This document shows positions 19,466 through 29,063 of a stretch of 64,000 nt of DNA, piece by piece. Made by a program: the position numbers and the translations under genes. Positions within the stretch are counted from its first letter, which is position 1. Each line of letters opens with the position of its first letter. The notes beneath the pieces were generated by a model. It made no database searches. It was given only the letters and a program-made list of their open reading frames with translations, and was not told the origin of the DNA. The stretch comes from an uncultured archaeon (GTDB lineage: Archaea > EX4484-52 > LFW-46), in contig CABMCT010000025.1 in the NCBI GenBank assembly GCA_902384675.1, forward strand, positions 2,791 through 66,790, read 5' to 3'.

Positions 19466-20652
19466 TCGAACCACTCGGTCTCGCCGTCTTTCATCTTCTT
19501 CGCGCTATCAATCATTTTGTTTATGTCTTTTGTGGTGATGTCTTTTCCGCCAAGCCCTGCAATAAATCCGACAACTTTTGGTTTCTCCGAACAAGGTTCG
19601 GATGGCTTCGAGTTACGCGAAGCGGAACGAGATGACTTTTTCGCGGAATAAAGCGCGTCCCTTACTTCGCTGAAAAGCGCGCCGGAATTTCCGAGCGATA
19701 CTGCCTTGTCAAGCACAAGAACTGTTGATTTGCCTGAAAGCTTTTTTATCAAATCATCGCGCGGGAAAGGCCTATATGTTCGCACGCGCAGGAGCCCCGC
19801 GTCTTTTCGCAAATCTATTGCATCCCGGATTGCCCCGCATACAGAGCCCATTGCGATAATCGTGATTTTTTTATCATTCTTGTATTCCTCGATAAGCCCG
19901 TCGCCATAGCTTCTGCCGAACGCTTTGCCAAAATCCCTGTTCGCTTCCTTTATTGCTTCTGCAGAATTTTTCAGCGCAACGTCAATATCATTTCTTGCAT
20001 TAATGTAGAATTGCGGGTAAACAAAAGAGCCTATCGACTTCGGGTTTTTTGGGTCAAGAGTAGAATATTTCGGTACGTAGCCAGGTAAAAATTTATCGAT
20101 ATCCTTTTTCTCCGGGACATCCAATGGCTCGGTCGTGTGCGTCAGGAAAAACCCGTCCATGCAGACCATAATCGGAAGAAGTACTTTGGAATTTTCTGCA
20201 ATCTTGAACGCATGTATATGACTATCTATTGCTTCCTGGTTCGTCTCGACATAAATCTGAATCCATCCGGAATCCCGCTCTGAAATCGAATCCTGCTGGT
20301 CGTTCCAGATATTCAGCGGCGCGGAAAGGGCCCTGTTAGCAACAGTCATAACAAGAGGAAGCCGCAATCCTGCAGATGCAAAAAGAACTTCGTGCATCAA
20401 TGCAAGCCCCTGCGAGCTTGTTGCCGTATAGACCCGCACACCTGTTGCAGATGCTCCGATAATTGAGGAAAGCGCCGAGAACTCGGACTCCGACTCGATA
20501 TATTCTGCTTTGAGCTTGCCGTCTGATTTCATTTTCGCTAAATCTTCAACAATATGCGTCTGTGGAGTGATGGGATAAGCTGCAATAACTTTCGGCTCGC
20601 ACAATGCAACCGCTTCTGCAACTGCGCGGCTGCCTTCAAGAACTGTTCGCAT
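19462..20652 (-). CDS. porA: pyruvate/2-oxoacid:ferredoxin oxidoreductase alpha subunit
   Basis: MRTVLEGSRAVAEAVALCEPKVIAAYPITPQTHIVE is a typical PorA N-terminus. A low-complexity Ser/Lys insert lies near the C-terminus. Confidence 0.9.
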   Translation of the reverse strand: MRTVLEGSRAVAEAVALCEPKVIAAYPITPQTHIVEDLAKMKSDGKLKAEYIESESEFSALSSIIGASATGVRVYTATSSQGLALMHEVLFASAGLRLPLVMTVANRALSAPLNIWNDQQDSISERDSGWIQIYVETNQEAIDSHIHAFKIAENSKVLLPIMVCMDGFFLTHTTEPLDVPEKKDIDKFLPGYVPKYSTLDPKNPKSIGSFVYPQFYINARNDIDVALKNSAEAIKEANRDFGKAFGRSYGDGLIEEYKNDKKITIIAMGSVCGAIRDAIDLRKDAGLLRVRTYRPFPRDDLIKKLSGKSTVLVLDKAVSLGNSGALFSEVRDALYSAKKSSRSASRNSKPSEPCSEKPKVVGFIAGLGGKDITTKDINKMIDSAKKMKDGETEWFE

Positions 20653-20698
20653 AATCCGTAATTATTCTGGAAAGTTTATAAGTATAAGGGCTCGAAAA

Positions 20699-20992
20699 TT
20701 ACATTGTTGCCAATAGAATCATCGCCACTACCAGAAGCAGCTGGAACAGGAGCCAGAGGTTTTCATCGCCTTTTTCTTTTACGTCGCTGGAGTTTATCCT
20801 GTAAAGTACTTCTCCCCTTACCTTGTCGCCCATCTGCTTCTCATCCAGCGCCCGCATGCTTATGTAAAGAAGGATTCCTGCAAACATACTGGCGGTCTTT
20901 AAATTGATAACTCCGTTGACTGTTGCAGCTATCCCGGCAATTTCGATTGCAAATATCATGACGCGGGTAATGACATATAGCGAGTCTACCAT
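20699..20992 (-). CDS. hypothetical membrane protein
   Basis: 97-aa ORF with three hydrophobic segments. Confidence 0.4.
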   Translation of the reverse strand: MVDSLYVITRVMIFAIEIAGIAATVNGVINLKTASMFAGILLYISMRALDEKQMGDKVRGEVLYRINSSDVKEKGDENLWLLFQLLLVVAMILLATM

Positions 20993-21059
20993 GCATTATA
21001 TTAGTTTCCTCTTGTTTTATATGTTTTAGGACCTTGGGCAGTTTTATACGAATCGAGGG

Positions 21060-22088
21060 CTACTTTATCATTCCTAAGTTCTTGTTCGTTTTTGCAATGC
21101 TTTTATGGGCATCCTTTTCTATTCCCGTTACAGCCCTTATTGCGTCGATATTTTCCGGCACAACGTCGGACTCCTGGTGCACTGCCTGCGTCCAGAACAG
21201 CTCGTCCCCGATAACGTTTATGCTTTCTTTCCATATTGCGATTTCATACAGGTCGCTTCTGGGACGCCCCAGCTCGCGGGCATATTCCATCACTTTCGCG
21301 GTAGAGTCAATTCCGTCTGCTGCGCTTACTAAAATTATCCTTGAAGCATTTTGGAAAGCAGAAATGACTTCTTCGCGTGTTGCCGGCCTGCTTAATGTAA
21401 TGCCCACAGAATGCACGTGCATCAAAGTTGTCGGCACAACCATTGCGCTGGTTATAATGTCGATATTTGGCAGGATTGTTTTGACATCAGGCCCGTGGTG
21501 GCTTGGCACTTCGGCAGGGTCAGGCACAATCGCGTTTATCGGTCCTGTATCGGCATCTGCAGGGTCTGCCCCGCGCCTCACAAGAGTTACGCGCGCTTTT
21601 TTAATGCCGAATGCGCGGTCGATTGTCCCAAGTGTCCTGCAAAGCCCTGTTGTGTTGCATGAAACGACGCGGATGTAATTTTTGCCAAGGCATGAAGCGT
21701 AATTACATAATGCATTAAATGACGCTTCCACTGTCTTTGCCTTCTCGCCGCCCTGGAATATTGCCTTGATTTTTCTTGGCATATAGATTTTTTCCTTGTT
21801 CTCTGCACCTACTTTGCCCGGGGTGCAATCGACAACAATATCCGACTCTTTCAGCAAATCATCAAGAGTGCCGGAGATTTTGATTCCTACAGCATTGAAT
21901 GCAGGGATGTTATCTTTTGTATTTGTAAACAGCCTGAATCCTTTTTTCACAGCTATCCGCGCCTCAAAGCTCGGCCTTGTTTTCACAACGCCTGCAACTT
22001 TCATATCATCCTGAAGCGCCGCTGCATCTGCCACCCTTTTTCCGATTGTTCCATATCCGTTTATTGCGACTCGTATCATTGAAATCAC
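21060..22088 (-). CDS. gap: archaeal type II glyceraldehyde-3-phosphate dehydrogenase
   Basis: VAINGYGTIGKRVADA (Rossmann fold) and the active site VSCNTTGL. Confidence 0.9.
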   Translation of the reverse strand: MISMIRVAINGYGTIGKRVADAAALQDDMKVAGVVKTRPSFEARIAVKKGFRLFTNTKDNIPAFNAVGIKISGTLDDLLKESDIVVDCTPGKVGAENKEKIYMPRKIKAIFQGGEKAKTVEASFNALCNYASCLGKNYIRVVSCNTTGLCRTLGTIDRAFGIKKARVTLVRRGADPADADTGPINAIVPDPAEVPSHHGPDVKTILPNIDIITSAMVVPTTLMHVHSVGITLSRPATREEVISAFQNASRIILVSAADGIDSTAKVMEYARELGRPRSDLYEIAIWKESINVIGDELFWTQAVHQESDVVPENIDAIRAVTGIEKDAHKSIAKTNKNLGMIK

Positions 22089-22113
22089 TAATCATAATAT
22101 TTATCAAATATTT

Positions 22114-22476
22114 TCAGCCGGATATAACCTGCAATTCTATGGACTCGTTTCCTGCTTTGCCTACGCCCAGGTATTTATTGAAATATAAAATCGAGCAGCA
22201 TATCAGGCCAAGCAATACGCCGATATTTATCGACAGAAGCAAATGGAATACAAACACAACCGAATTGTTGCCCAGCAATCCTGAGATAAAATACGCATTA
22301 AGCTCCCTGATTATTATTGCGCTTGCAAGCGCAGGAAGAGTTATTGCCGAAACCAGTACTGTCTGGACATTCAGGGCAAATTCGGCAACCCCCAGAGTTC
22401 CAAAATACCATTGCAAAAGCACGCTGGCAATTCCCCAGAACGCGCCTGCTTTTAATGCCCTGATTAGCTCTTCCAT
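22114..22476 (-). CDS. hypothetical membrane protein
   Basis: 120-aa ORF with four hydrophobic segments. Confidence 0.45.
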   Translation of the reverse strand: MEELIRALKAGAFWGIASVLLQWYFGTLGVAEFALNVQTVLVSAITLPALASAIIIRELNAYFISGLLGNNSVVFVFHLLLSINIGVLLGLICCSILYFNKYLGVGKAGNESIELQVISG

Positions 22477-22489
22477 TTAATCAGACCCA

Positions 22490-23785
22490 TCAATTATTAC
22501 CGACATTGCTGTCCTCTATTCCCTTGCTATGCCCGTTGCACCCGCTGCTGCCATTAAAGATAAACTCGCAGTCAAAATACGGACCGTAAACAATGCGCTT
22601 AAAAAACGCCTTGCCCGATGAGCTATGCAGGTTCGGGACAAATCCGAGCTTGTTCACAATTGCTGTTGAATCCCCGCCAAAGCACATAACAAAGTGCTTG
22701 TTTTCGATGTCAAATGCTGCAGAATAGACCTCTGCCCCGCCGATAAATCCGGGCTCTGTGACGAATTTTGCAGCCTCATAGTGCCCCATTGCGCCGTTTA
22801 TCATCACGCTCGTCTTTCGCATCGACTCTATCTTTTTCTTGTAATCGATTATCGTCTTTATCCCGATATCCACGACTTTGCCTGTATGTATTTCGTTCAC
22901 AGGCACATTCAGGACAGTGCCGTCGACTTTGACGAAATAATCCTGCGGCAAGATTATTCTTTCCTTAAACCTGCTCATTATCGCCGCCGCCTGCGAAAGC
23001 ATTTTGGATTCTTCGCTTTTCAGATTATCCTTGTCGCGCAAAAGCTCGTTGTTCGGCCCAAGCTCCCTGCCCAGTGCTTTTTCCATATGCACCGAAAGAA
23101 GCCCGCCGAGAAGCGCCTCTGTTTTCGGGAACTTTTCAAGAATCTGCGGGATAAGCTCAAGCTGGTCTGCAAGTTTTCTTCCCCCGAGAAGTATGACGCC
23201 GCCCTTTTTCTGGAGCACATTGCGCGCCTTCTCTGCCATTTTCACATCCCTCTGAAGATTAGGGCCTCCATAAACAGGAACGCCATTATTTTTCAGGTAT
23301 TCGAGAATAGTCACAGAGCACAACTCTTTTCTGTGCGAGGGCGGGTCGTCCTTTATTGCTGCAAGGTCAGGGATTTTGCTTAGCATGGAATACATTTTCG
23401 TCTGCGATGGATTTACCGCAGCCCATTCCTCCTCATCAAGCCGCGTGTTTTCAAGAACAATGACTTCTCCTTTTTGCGCGTTTTTTACCATCTCGGCAAT
23501 ATCCTCTCCGCACCGTTTTCCTGCAAACGTGATTTTTTCCTGCGGCAAATGAAACTGGAGAACCTCTGTATTTTTTTTCAGGCTTTCGGCTTTTCCCCTG
23601 TCTCCCTGGTGCGATGCAACAATAACCGTCTTTGCGCCGCAGTCAAGCGCGTACTTTATCGACATCGCAGCTTCGCGTATTTTTGAGATGTCCTTGAACT
23701 GCCCTGTCCTTTCGTCAAACGATGAGTTCATATCCACTTTGTGGAAAACGTTTTTCCCCTTCAAATCAGGTTTTTTGAGTTTCAT
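22490..23785 (-). CDS. pgk: divergent phosphoglycerate kinase
   Basis: The layout is collinear with PGK: KGKNVFHKVDMN, VASHQG, VLENTRLDEEE, LLGGRKLADQLELI, INGAMGHYE, FGGDSTA. It sits adjacent to gap. It has a C-terminal extension and is weakly conserved. Confidence 0.75.
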   Translation of the reverse strand: MKLKKPDLKGKNVFHKVDMNSSFDERTGQFKDISKIREAAMSIKYALDCGAKTVIVASHQGDRGKAESLKKNTEVLQFHLPQEKITFAGKRCGEDIAEMVKNAQKGEVIVLENTRLDEEEWAAVNPSQTKMYSMLSKIPDLAAIKDDPPSHRKELCSVTILEYLKNNGVPVYGGPNLQRDVKMAEKARNVLQKKGGVILLGGRKLADQLELIPQILEKFPKTEALLGGLLSVHMEKALGRELGPNNELLRDKDNLKSEESKMLSQAAAIMSRFKERIILPQDYFVKVDGTVLNVPVNEIHTGKVVDIGIKTIIDYKKKIESMRKTSVMINGAMGHYEAAKFVTEPGFIGGAEVYSAAFDIENKHFVMCFGGDSTAIVNKLGFVPNLHSSSGKAFFKRIVYGPYFDCEFIFNGSSGCNGHSKGIEDSNVGNN

Positions 23786-23806
23786 TTTAATTCACCAATT
23801 GAACAA

Positions 23807-23857
23807 TTTAAAATGAAAGCTTCAAGTTCGCGAGCGAACGAGATGATTTCATTTTAA
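23807..23857. repeat. intergenic hairpin repeat unit
   Basis: TTTAAAATGAAA (23807-23818) pairs with TTTCATTTTAA (23847-23857), enclosing AAGCTT and a GTTCGC-GAG-CGAAC hairpin followed by GATGATTTCA. Confidence 0.65.
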
Positions 23858-23876
23858 TCCTACCCCAAAAATGAAT

Positions 23877-25643
23877 TTATTTCACTGTCACGCTCTTTGC
23901 CAAATTTCTCGGACGGTCCGGGTCGCATCCCCGGAGCAGCGCAAGCTGGTATGAAAGTATCTGCATCGGAATAATCTGCACAATGGAGTTGAAGTCGCCG
24001 GCGTCACGCACTTTTATGAAAAAATCAAAAACCTCGTTATTTTTCGGCCCGACACCCACTACAAAAGCCCCTCTTGCCTTGACTTCCATAGCGCTGTTTA
24101 TTGTTTCCTTCTCTGTTTCCCCTGAACTAAAAACGATGTAAGGCGTGCCTTTTGTTATGAGCGCATTCGGCCCGTGCTTGAGTTCCCCTCCTGCAAATGC
24201 CTCGGCATGGATGTAGGAAACCTCTTTTATCTTGTGAGCTGCTTCGAGTGCTGTGGGATATTGAGGCCCGCGCCCGATAAGATAAATATGCTCTTTGTCT
24301 TTGAGCTTTTCTGCCAGCTCTTTTACGAATTTTCTTGCATTCTCGGAGGTAAGGTAATATATCTCCCGCGAAAGCTCTTTTAGTTCTTCTGTGCCTTCGC
24401 CAAGCTTACCAGAGAGCTCGTACGCAAGAAGGCCGAGTATTGCAAGCTGCGAAGTATAAGCTTTTGTCGAATTCACTGCGATTTCAGGCCCTGCTTTTTG
24501 CAGTATGGATTTGTCGGATTCTCTCATTAAAGACGAGCCGTTGACATTTGTTATTGATACTACTTTTGCGCCCATTGATTTTGCAGCCCTTATTGCAGAA
24601 AGCGTGTCCGCGGTTTCCCCGCTCTGCGATACTGCAATTACAAGGCTTTTGCTGTTTAGGAAGTGCTTGAAATACTGGAACTCGGAAGCCACACATGAGT
24701 TTACGTGGGTCTTCGCTATCTTTGAGAACAGATACAGGCCGTACATGGATGCATACGATGCAGTGCCGCATGCCACAATGTATACGCCTTTTGCTTTCCT
24801 GATTTCTCCAGCAATTTCCTTGATTATTTTTTGGTCTGTATTTGAAATTCGCTCGATCACTTCTGCCTGCTCCATTATTTCCTTGAGGTAAAAATGGTCG
24901 AAATTCCCCTTTTTCGCCTGCTCCGCATCCCAGTCGATTTTCGAAACAGGCCGCTTAACAAAGGCGTTTTTATCCAGGTTAAAAATCTTAAGCCCGCCGT
25001 CTATTATTACCATGTCGTTTTCTTCAAGAAAAATCACGTCCTTTGTATGGTCGATAAATGCAGTAACATCGGAGGCAAGAAAATATTCATCTTTTCCCAC
25101 GCCGACAACAAGGGGAGCCTCCTTTCGCACCGCAACTATTTTTCCTTCGCTGTCAAGGGCAAGAATTGCATACTGGCCTTCAAGGTGCTTTAGCGAGCGC
25201 TTTGCCGCCTCTATAAAATCATATCCTCTGCGCATATGGTATTCTATTGTATTGGGTATTGTTTCGGTGTCTGTTTCCGAGTAGAATTTAAATCCCTGGC
25301 CTGCTAAGAATTGCTTTTGTTCCTGGAAATTCTCGATGATGCCGTTGTGCACCACTGCAATTTTTCCGTTGTTTGAGCTGTGCGGATTGGCATTTTCCTT
25401 TGTCACATGGCCGTGTGTTGCCCATCTTGTGTGTGCGATTCCTGCTGTGCCGGGAAGTTTTTCCAAATCAGGCATTTCGCGGGAGACCTCTATTCTTCCG
25501 GCATCTTTTTTGATATGGATAACGTCCTCATGAGCTATCCCGATTCCCCATGAATCATAGCCGCGATAGTCAAGCTTCTTTAAGCCCTCGATTACTATCG
25601 GGGACGCGTTCCTCCTGCCTTTGTATCCGAATATCCCGCACAT
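23877..25643 (-). CDS. glmS: glutamine--fructose-6-phosphate aminotransferase
   Basis: MCGIFGY N-terminal nucleophile, two SIS domains and a C-terminal KSVTVK. Confidence 0.95.
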   Translation of the reverse strand: MCGIFGYKGRRNASPIVIEGLKKLDYRGYDSWGIGIAHEDVIHIKKDAGRIEVSREMPDLEKLPGTAGIAHTRWATHGHVTKENANPHSSNNGKIAVVHNGIIENFQEQKQFLAGQGFKFYSETDTETIPNTIEYHMRRGYDFIEAAKRSLKHLEGQYAILALDSEGKIVAVRKEAPLVVGVGKDEYFLASDVTAFIDHTKDVIFLEENDMVIIDGGLKIFNLDKNAFVKRPVSKIDWDAEQAKKGNFDHFYLKEIMEQAEVIERISNTDQKIIKEIAGEIRKAKGVYIVACGTASYASMYGLYLFSKIAKTHVNSCVASEFQYFKHFLNSKSLVIAVSQSGETADTLSAIRAAKSMGAKVVSITNVNGSSLMRESDKSILQKAGPEIAVNSTKAYTSQLAILGLLAYELSGKLGEGTEELKELSREIYYLTSENARKFVKELAEKLKDKEHIYLIGRGPQYPTALEAAHKIKEVSYIHAEAFAGGELKHGPNALITKGTPYIVFSSGETEKETINSAMEVKARGAFVVGVGPKNNEVFDFFIKVRDAGDFNSIVQIIPMQILSYQLALLRGCDPDRPRNLAKSVTVK

Positions 25644-25784
25644 AAGCCCTCATCTAAATCAGAACTGCCAGAAGCATGAATTCGGCTTTGCATTATATAT
25701 ATCTTTCTACTAAAAATTTAATAGTGGTATTAATATTTTATTAATATATTCACGTTGAACAACGTAATATGGCGTAAAAAGTCA

Positions 25785-25817
25785 TGAAAATCCCCTTGCA
25801 TACGATTCGGATTTTCA
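25785..25817. repeat. intergenic hairpin repeat unit
   Basis: TGAAAATCC (25785-25793) pairs with GGATTTTCA (25809-25817), immediately followed by AGCTTTT. A separate 9-bp inverted repeat TTATTGCAA/TTGCAATAA lies at 25826-25855. Confidence 0.65.
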
Positions 25818-25868
25818 AGCTTTTTTATTGCAAGGCATATTTACGTTGCAATAAAAAACACCCAAATC

Positions 25869-25876
25869 TTTATAAA
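25869..25876 (+). promoter_or_regulatory. candidate TATA box upstream of the wHTH gene
   Basis: AAATCTTTATAAACATC at 25864-25880 lies about 33 nt upstream of the ATG at 25909. The 17-mer is identical to 43193-43209. Confidence 0.45.
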
Positions 25877-25908
25877 CATCTCAATACCATTATTAATTTG
25901 GTTTTAGT

Positions 25909-26853
25909 ATGGCATTCCTAGTGACAGAGAAAAAGGATAAATTTTATATAAAAGGCGTGCGGACTCTTTCAAGCGACAGCGGAATAAAAAGCCTTGCAAA
26001 CAGCACCGCAAGAAAGATACTTTACGCTCTGGCAGAGCGGCCGTCCTACCCGGCAGAAATCGCAAAAAAGCTTGCGCTGCACGAGCAGATAGTCTATTAT
26101 CACATACGCAGGATGGAGCGCGAGAACATGATTTATGTCAAAAACAAGTCCGAGCTTGGCGGAGCGCTTGCAAAATATTATGCCCCCTCCGAGAGCGCAT
26201 TTGCTATAGAGCTTCCTTTCGGCGAGGAGACTTTGGCAGAAATTCCTTTCAGGAAAGAAAACCCGAAACTCAAGCAGTTCTTGTACCCGTTCATCAGTGC
26301 CGGGAAATTCAATGCGTCTATTGTAGTCGGCTCCCCGGACCCGCATGGATTGCACCAGGTGCGTTCGCGCGACGGGCATTACGGAATCGATCTTGCGCTT
26401 CAGCTCGGCCAGTATTCCGCCATACCCGAAGATTTTGTGGCAAAGCTTGACGTGGATGTCCGCGCAGAAAACAGGTACAACCAGAACCTGATTCTTGTCG
26501 GCGGAATCCTGACAAATGTCATAACAGCCGAGATAAATAAATACATGCCTGTGCGCTTTGATACCGAGAATTTCCCTTTCAGGAAAATCATTTCGCAGAA
26601 TTCCGGGAAAAGCTACACTGAGGATAACTGCGGGATTATTGCAAAAATAACGAGCCCGTTTGATAAGGATAAAAGCATAATTGTTCTTGCAGGAATCCGC
26701 TTTGCAGGAACAAAGGCAGCTGTTCTTGGCCTGACACGGCATTATGAAACAATCTTGCAGAAATACTCGGGCGAAGATAACTGGGGATGCGTTGTGCAGG
26801 GCCTGGACATTGACGGCGACGGGAAGGTGGATAATGTGAGAGTGATGGAGTAG
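25909..26853 (+). CDS. ArsR-like winged-helix protein with an uncharacterised C-terminal domain
   Basis: STARKILYALAERPSYPAEIAKKLALHEQIVYYHIRRMERENMI is a wHTH. The remaining ~220 aa are unassigned. Confidence 0.6.
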   Translation: MAFLVTEKKDKFYIKGVRTLSSDSGIKSLANSTARKILYALAERPSYPAEIAKKLALHEQIVYYHIRRMERENMIYVKNKSELGGALAKYYAPSESAFAIELPFGEETLAEIPFRKENPKLKQFLYPFISAGKFNASIVVGSPDPHGLHQVRSRDGHYGIDLALQLGQYSAIPEDFVAKLDVDVRAENRYNQNLILVGGILTNVITAEINKYMPVRFDTENFPFRKIISQNSGKSYTEDNCGIIAKITSPFDKDKSIIVLAGIRFAGTKAAVLGLTRHYETILQKYSGEDNWGCVVQGLDIDGDGKVDNVRVME

Positions 26854-26929
26854 TCTGAACAGGTTATATACTTTCTCTTCACAAAGCCACCCGAACAGTT
26901 TTATATATTTGCAGGTATCTTAGATAATT

Positions 26930-27697
26930 ATGAACCTCGACTCCATTGCAAAAAACATGCAGGTCATTGTCATTGCCGGGGGAATGGGCGAGCGGCTGCG
27001 CCACCGCACAAATGACGAGCTTCCAAAGGCGCTTCTTAGCCTCAACGGCAAGCCCATAATCGATTACTGCATCGAGCTTTATTCGAAAAACGGATTTAAG
27101 AATTTCGCGTTTCTTCTGGGGCATGGCGGCGACAAACTAAAAGATTACATCGGCGACGGGAAGAAATTCGGCATCAATGTAAAATATTCTCTTGAAAAAG
27201 AAAAGCTGGGAAAAGCAGGAGCATTGAAATTCGCGCTTGATAACGGTGCAATCGACCCCAAAAAGGCAGGCATCATAACATACCCCGACGATATGATTCT
27301 TGACAAGGATTTCCCGAAGCAGATAATGCGAAGGCATATCCTGGGCAAGGAAAAGGGTTGCCTTGCAACAGTTGTGCGCGTCAACAAAACCCAGTACAGG
27401 TACGGCGTTGTGGACACCGACGACGAAGGATTTGTCATAAGCTTTGAGGAAAAGCCGTTCATCCTGCGGCCTGCAAATGTGGCGATTTATGTTCTTGAGC
27501 CGGAAGTATTCTCGGTCATAAATAAATCCGTCAACCTGGCAAATAAGCCCGTAGATTTCGAGGACGTTGTGGTGCCGGAACTGGTGAGGCGCCGCGTGCT
27601 TTTCAGCTTCACAATGCCTTATGAGAGCTGGATTCCGATAAACGAGGAAAAGGAGTTCAGGCAGGCGGAAAAGGTATTAGTGGATGGCGGGATTTGA
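26930..27697 (+). CDS. sugar-phosphate nucleotidyltransferase
   Basis: N-terminal VIAGGMGERLR...PKALL..NGKPIIDY signature of the NTP_transferase family. Confidence 0.8.
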   Translation: MNLDSIAKNMQVIVIAGGMGERLRHRTNDELPKALLSLNGKPIIDYCIELYSKNGFKNFAFLLGHGGDKLKDYIGDGKKFGINVKYSLEKEKLGKAGALKFALDNGAIDPKKAGIITYPDDMILDKDFPKQIMRRHILGKEKGCLATVVRVNKTQYRYGVVDTDDEGFVISFEEKPFILRPANVAIYVLEPEVFSVINKSVNLANKPVDFEDVVVPELVRRRVLFSFTMPYESWIPINEEKEFRQAEKVLVDGGI

Positions 27698-27906
27698 TTG
27701 TTTATTTCCTCAAAAACATCATCGCGTACATTATATACAGCACAACGAATCCCGCGAATATTGTGAATTTAAGAACTTTGATAATAACCTCCATGTGTGC
27801 TTAAATTCACAATCTATTCAATCGCTAATACAACATCATCAATAATGTGCGATTGAATATATCCAAAGAATGTCCTTGGTAGAAAATTCGTACATAGACT
27901 ACTGGC

Positions 27907-28524
27907 CTACATCGCTTTAATTTCTTTCAGTTTCTTTCTCAGGTTCTCGACAGCCAGCTCAACCGCTTTTTCAGAACGTGCACCGGTGCATACAAGCTTG
28001 CCTGAGTTAAATATCAGGAACACTACCTTTGGCGAATCAAGGCGATAGACAAGCCCGGGGAATTGTTCGGGCTCGTATTCGCACTCGCCGAGCTCAAAAA
28101 CAATCTTGTTCAAATCAAGGCGCACGCCAAGCTCTGCCGAAGCGACAATATTCACGATTTCTGTTTTCGGGTCGCTTGGCACTTTCAGCCCGATTTCGCG
28201 GAACTTTTTTATCAGTTTTCCGATTGCGAATTTCGCGTCCTCGAAGGATTTTGCGCCCGAGCAGATGATTTTTCCCGTAGTGAATATTAAAGTCGATGCC
28301 TTGGGTTCCTTAATCCTGTAAACCAACCCCGGGAAAGATTCAGGCTCGTATTCCGCGTTCTCAAGGTGGCGCGCCAGGACATCCAGAAGCATTCGGGTTC
28401 CTGTGTCCACTGAAATGACCACATTTTGTATCTGGATATTATTTCTGGACGCTTTTCCTGCTCCCGAAGCCTTTTTCGAGGCAGTTTTAGCCGCCTTTTT
28501 AGCGGATTTTTTGGAAACTACCAT
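27907..28524 (-). CDS. tbp: TATA-box-binding protein with a basic N-terminal tail
   Basis: Two direct TBP repeats (EYEPESFPGLVYRIKEPKASTLIFTTGKIICSGAKS and EYEPEQFPGLVYRLDSPKVVFLIFNSGKLVCTGARS). The N-terminus is MVVSKKSAKKAAKTASKKASGAGKASR. Confidence 0.9.
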   Translation of the reverse strand: MVVSKKSAKKAAKTASKKASGAGKASRNNIQIQNVVISVDTGTRMLLDVLARHLENAEYEPESFPGLVYRIKEPKASTLIFTTGKIICSGAKSFEDAKFAIGKLIKKFREIGLKVPSDPKTEIVNIVASAELGVRLDLNKIVFELGECEYEPEQFPGLVYRLDSPKVVFLIFNSGKLVCTGARSEKAVELAVENLRKKLKEIKAM

Positions 28525-28635
28525 AAATATTCAGATATATATAGTATGAAAAACCTTTATATAGGCACGGAAAGGGAACAAATTAGACGATTGTCTATTC
28601 TTGGAAAATATAAGTTTGCATCAACGTTTATATGT

Positions 28636-29055
28636 ATGCCAAAAATACGGATAACTTTAGAGGATTCTAATGTATCTGCAGTAGCAGTATTGCATGAAGA
28701 TTTGGCGCCTGAAACCTGCAAAGAGGTTCAAAGGGTGCTTCCGCTTGAAGGCAACGCGTTGCACGCAAAATGGGGCGGAAATGAAATTTGGACCAGTATG
28801 CCAAAAATGAAAATTACAAAATCCGAGAATGAAAATATATTTGCAAGCCCGGGAGATATTATGATAGTTCGCCCGGCTCCGGACGTATTTGATTTCGCCG
28901 TATTCTACGGAAAGGGATGGTGCTTTGGCCCGACGGGCTTTACCCCGGGAAATCATTTTGCGACAATAGTTGAGAACCTCCCGGAGTTTGCAAAAGCATG
29001 CCAGAATATTCTTCAAAAAGGAAGCCAGAAGATTGTTATAAAGGTGGAAAAGTAA
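28636..29055 (+). CDS. cyclophilin-like DUF3830-family protein
   Basis: From the ATG at 28636: MPKIRITLEDSNVSAVAVLHEDLAPETCKEVQRVLPLEGNALHAKWGGNEIW...GNHFATIVENL matches the DUF3830 pattern. The upstream part of the tracked ORF overlaps tbp and is rejected. Confidence 0.55.
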   Translation: MPKIRITLEDSNVSAVAVLHEDLAPETCKEVQRVLPLEGNALHAKWGGNEIWTSMPKMKITKSENENIFASPGDIMIVRPAPDVFDFAVFYGKGWCFGPTGFTPGNHFATIVENLPEFAKACQNILQKGSQKIVIKVEK

Positions 29056-29063
29056 TTTCTGGC

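Noticed and set aside
27703-27795. A 30-codon hydrophobic minus-strand ORF flanked by a 13-bp inverted repeat (TTGTGAATTTAAG/CTTAAATTCACAA).
   Set aside because: It is too short to support without conservation data. The inverted repeats in this convergent gap are more simply terminator-like structures.
28426-28635. The 5' extension of the 28426-29055 ORF.
   Set aside because: It overlaps the tbp coding region on the opposite strand and translates to low-complexity sequence. Homology-like sequence begins at the ATG at 28636.
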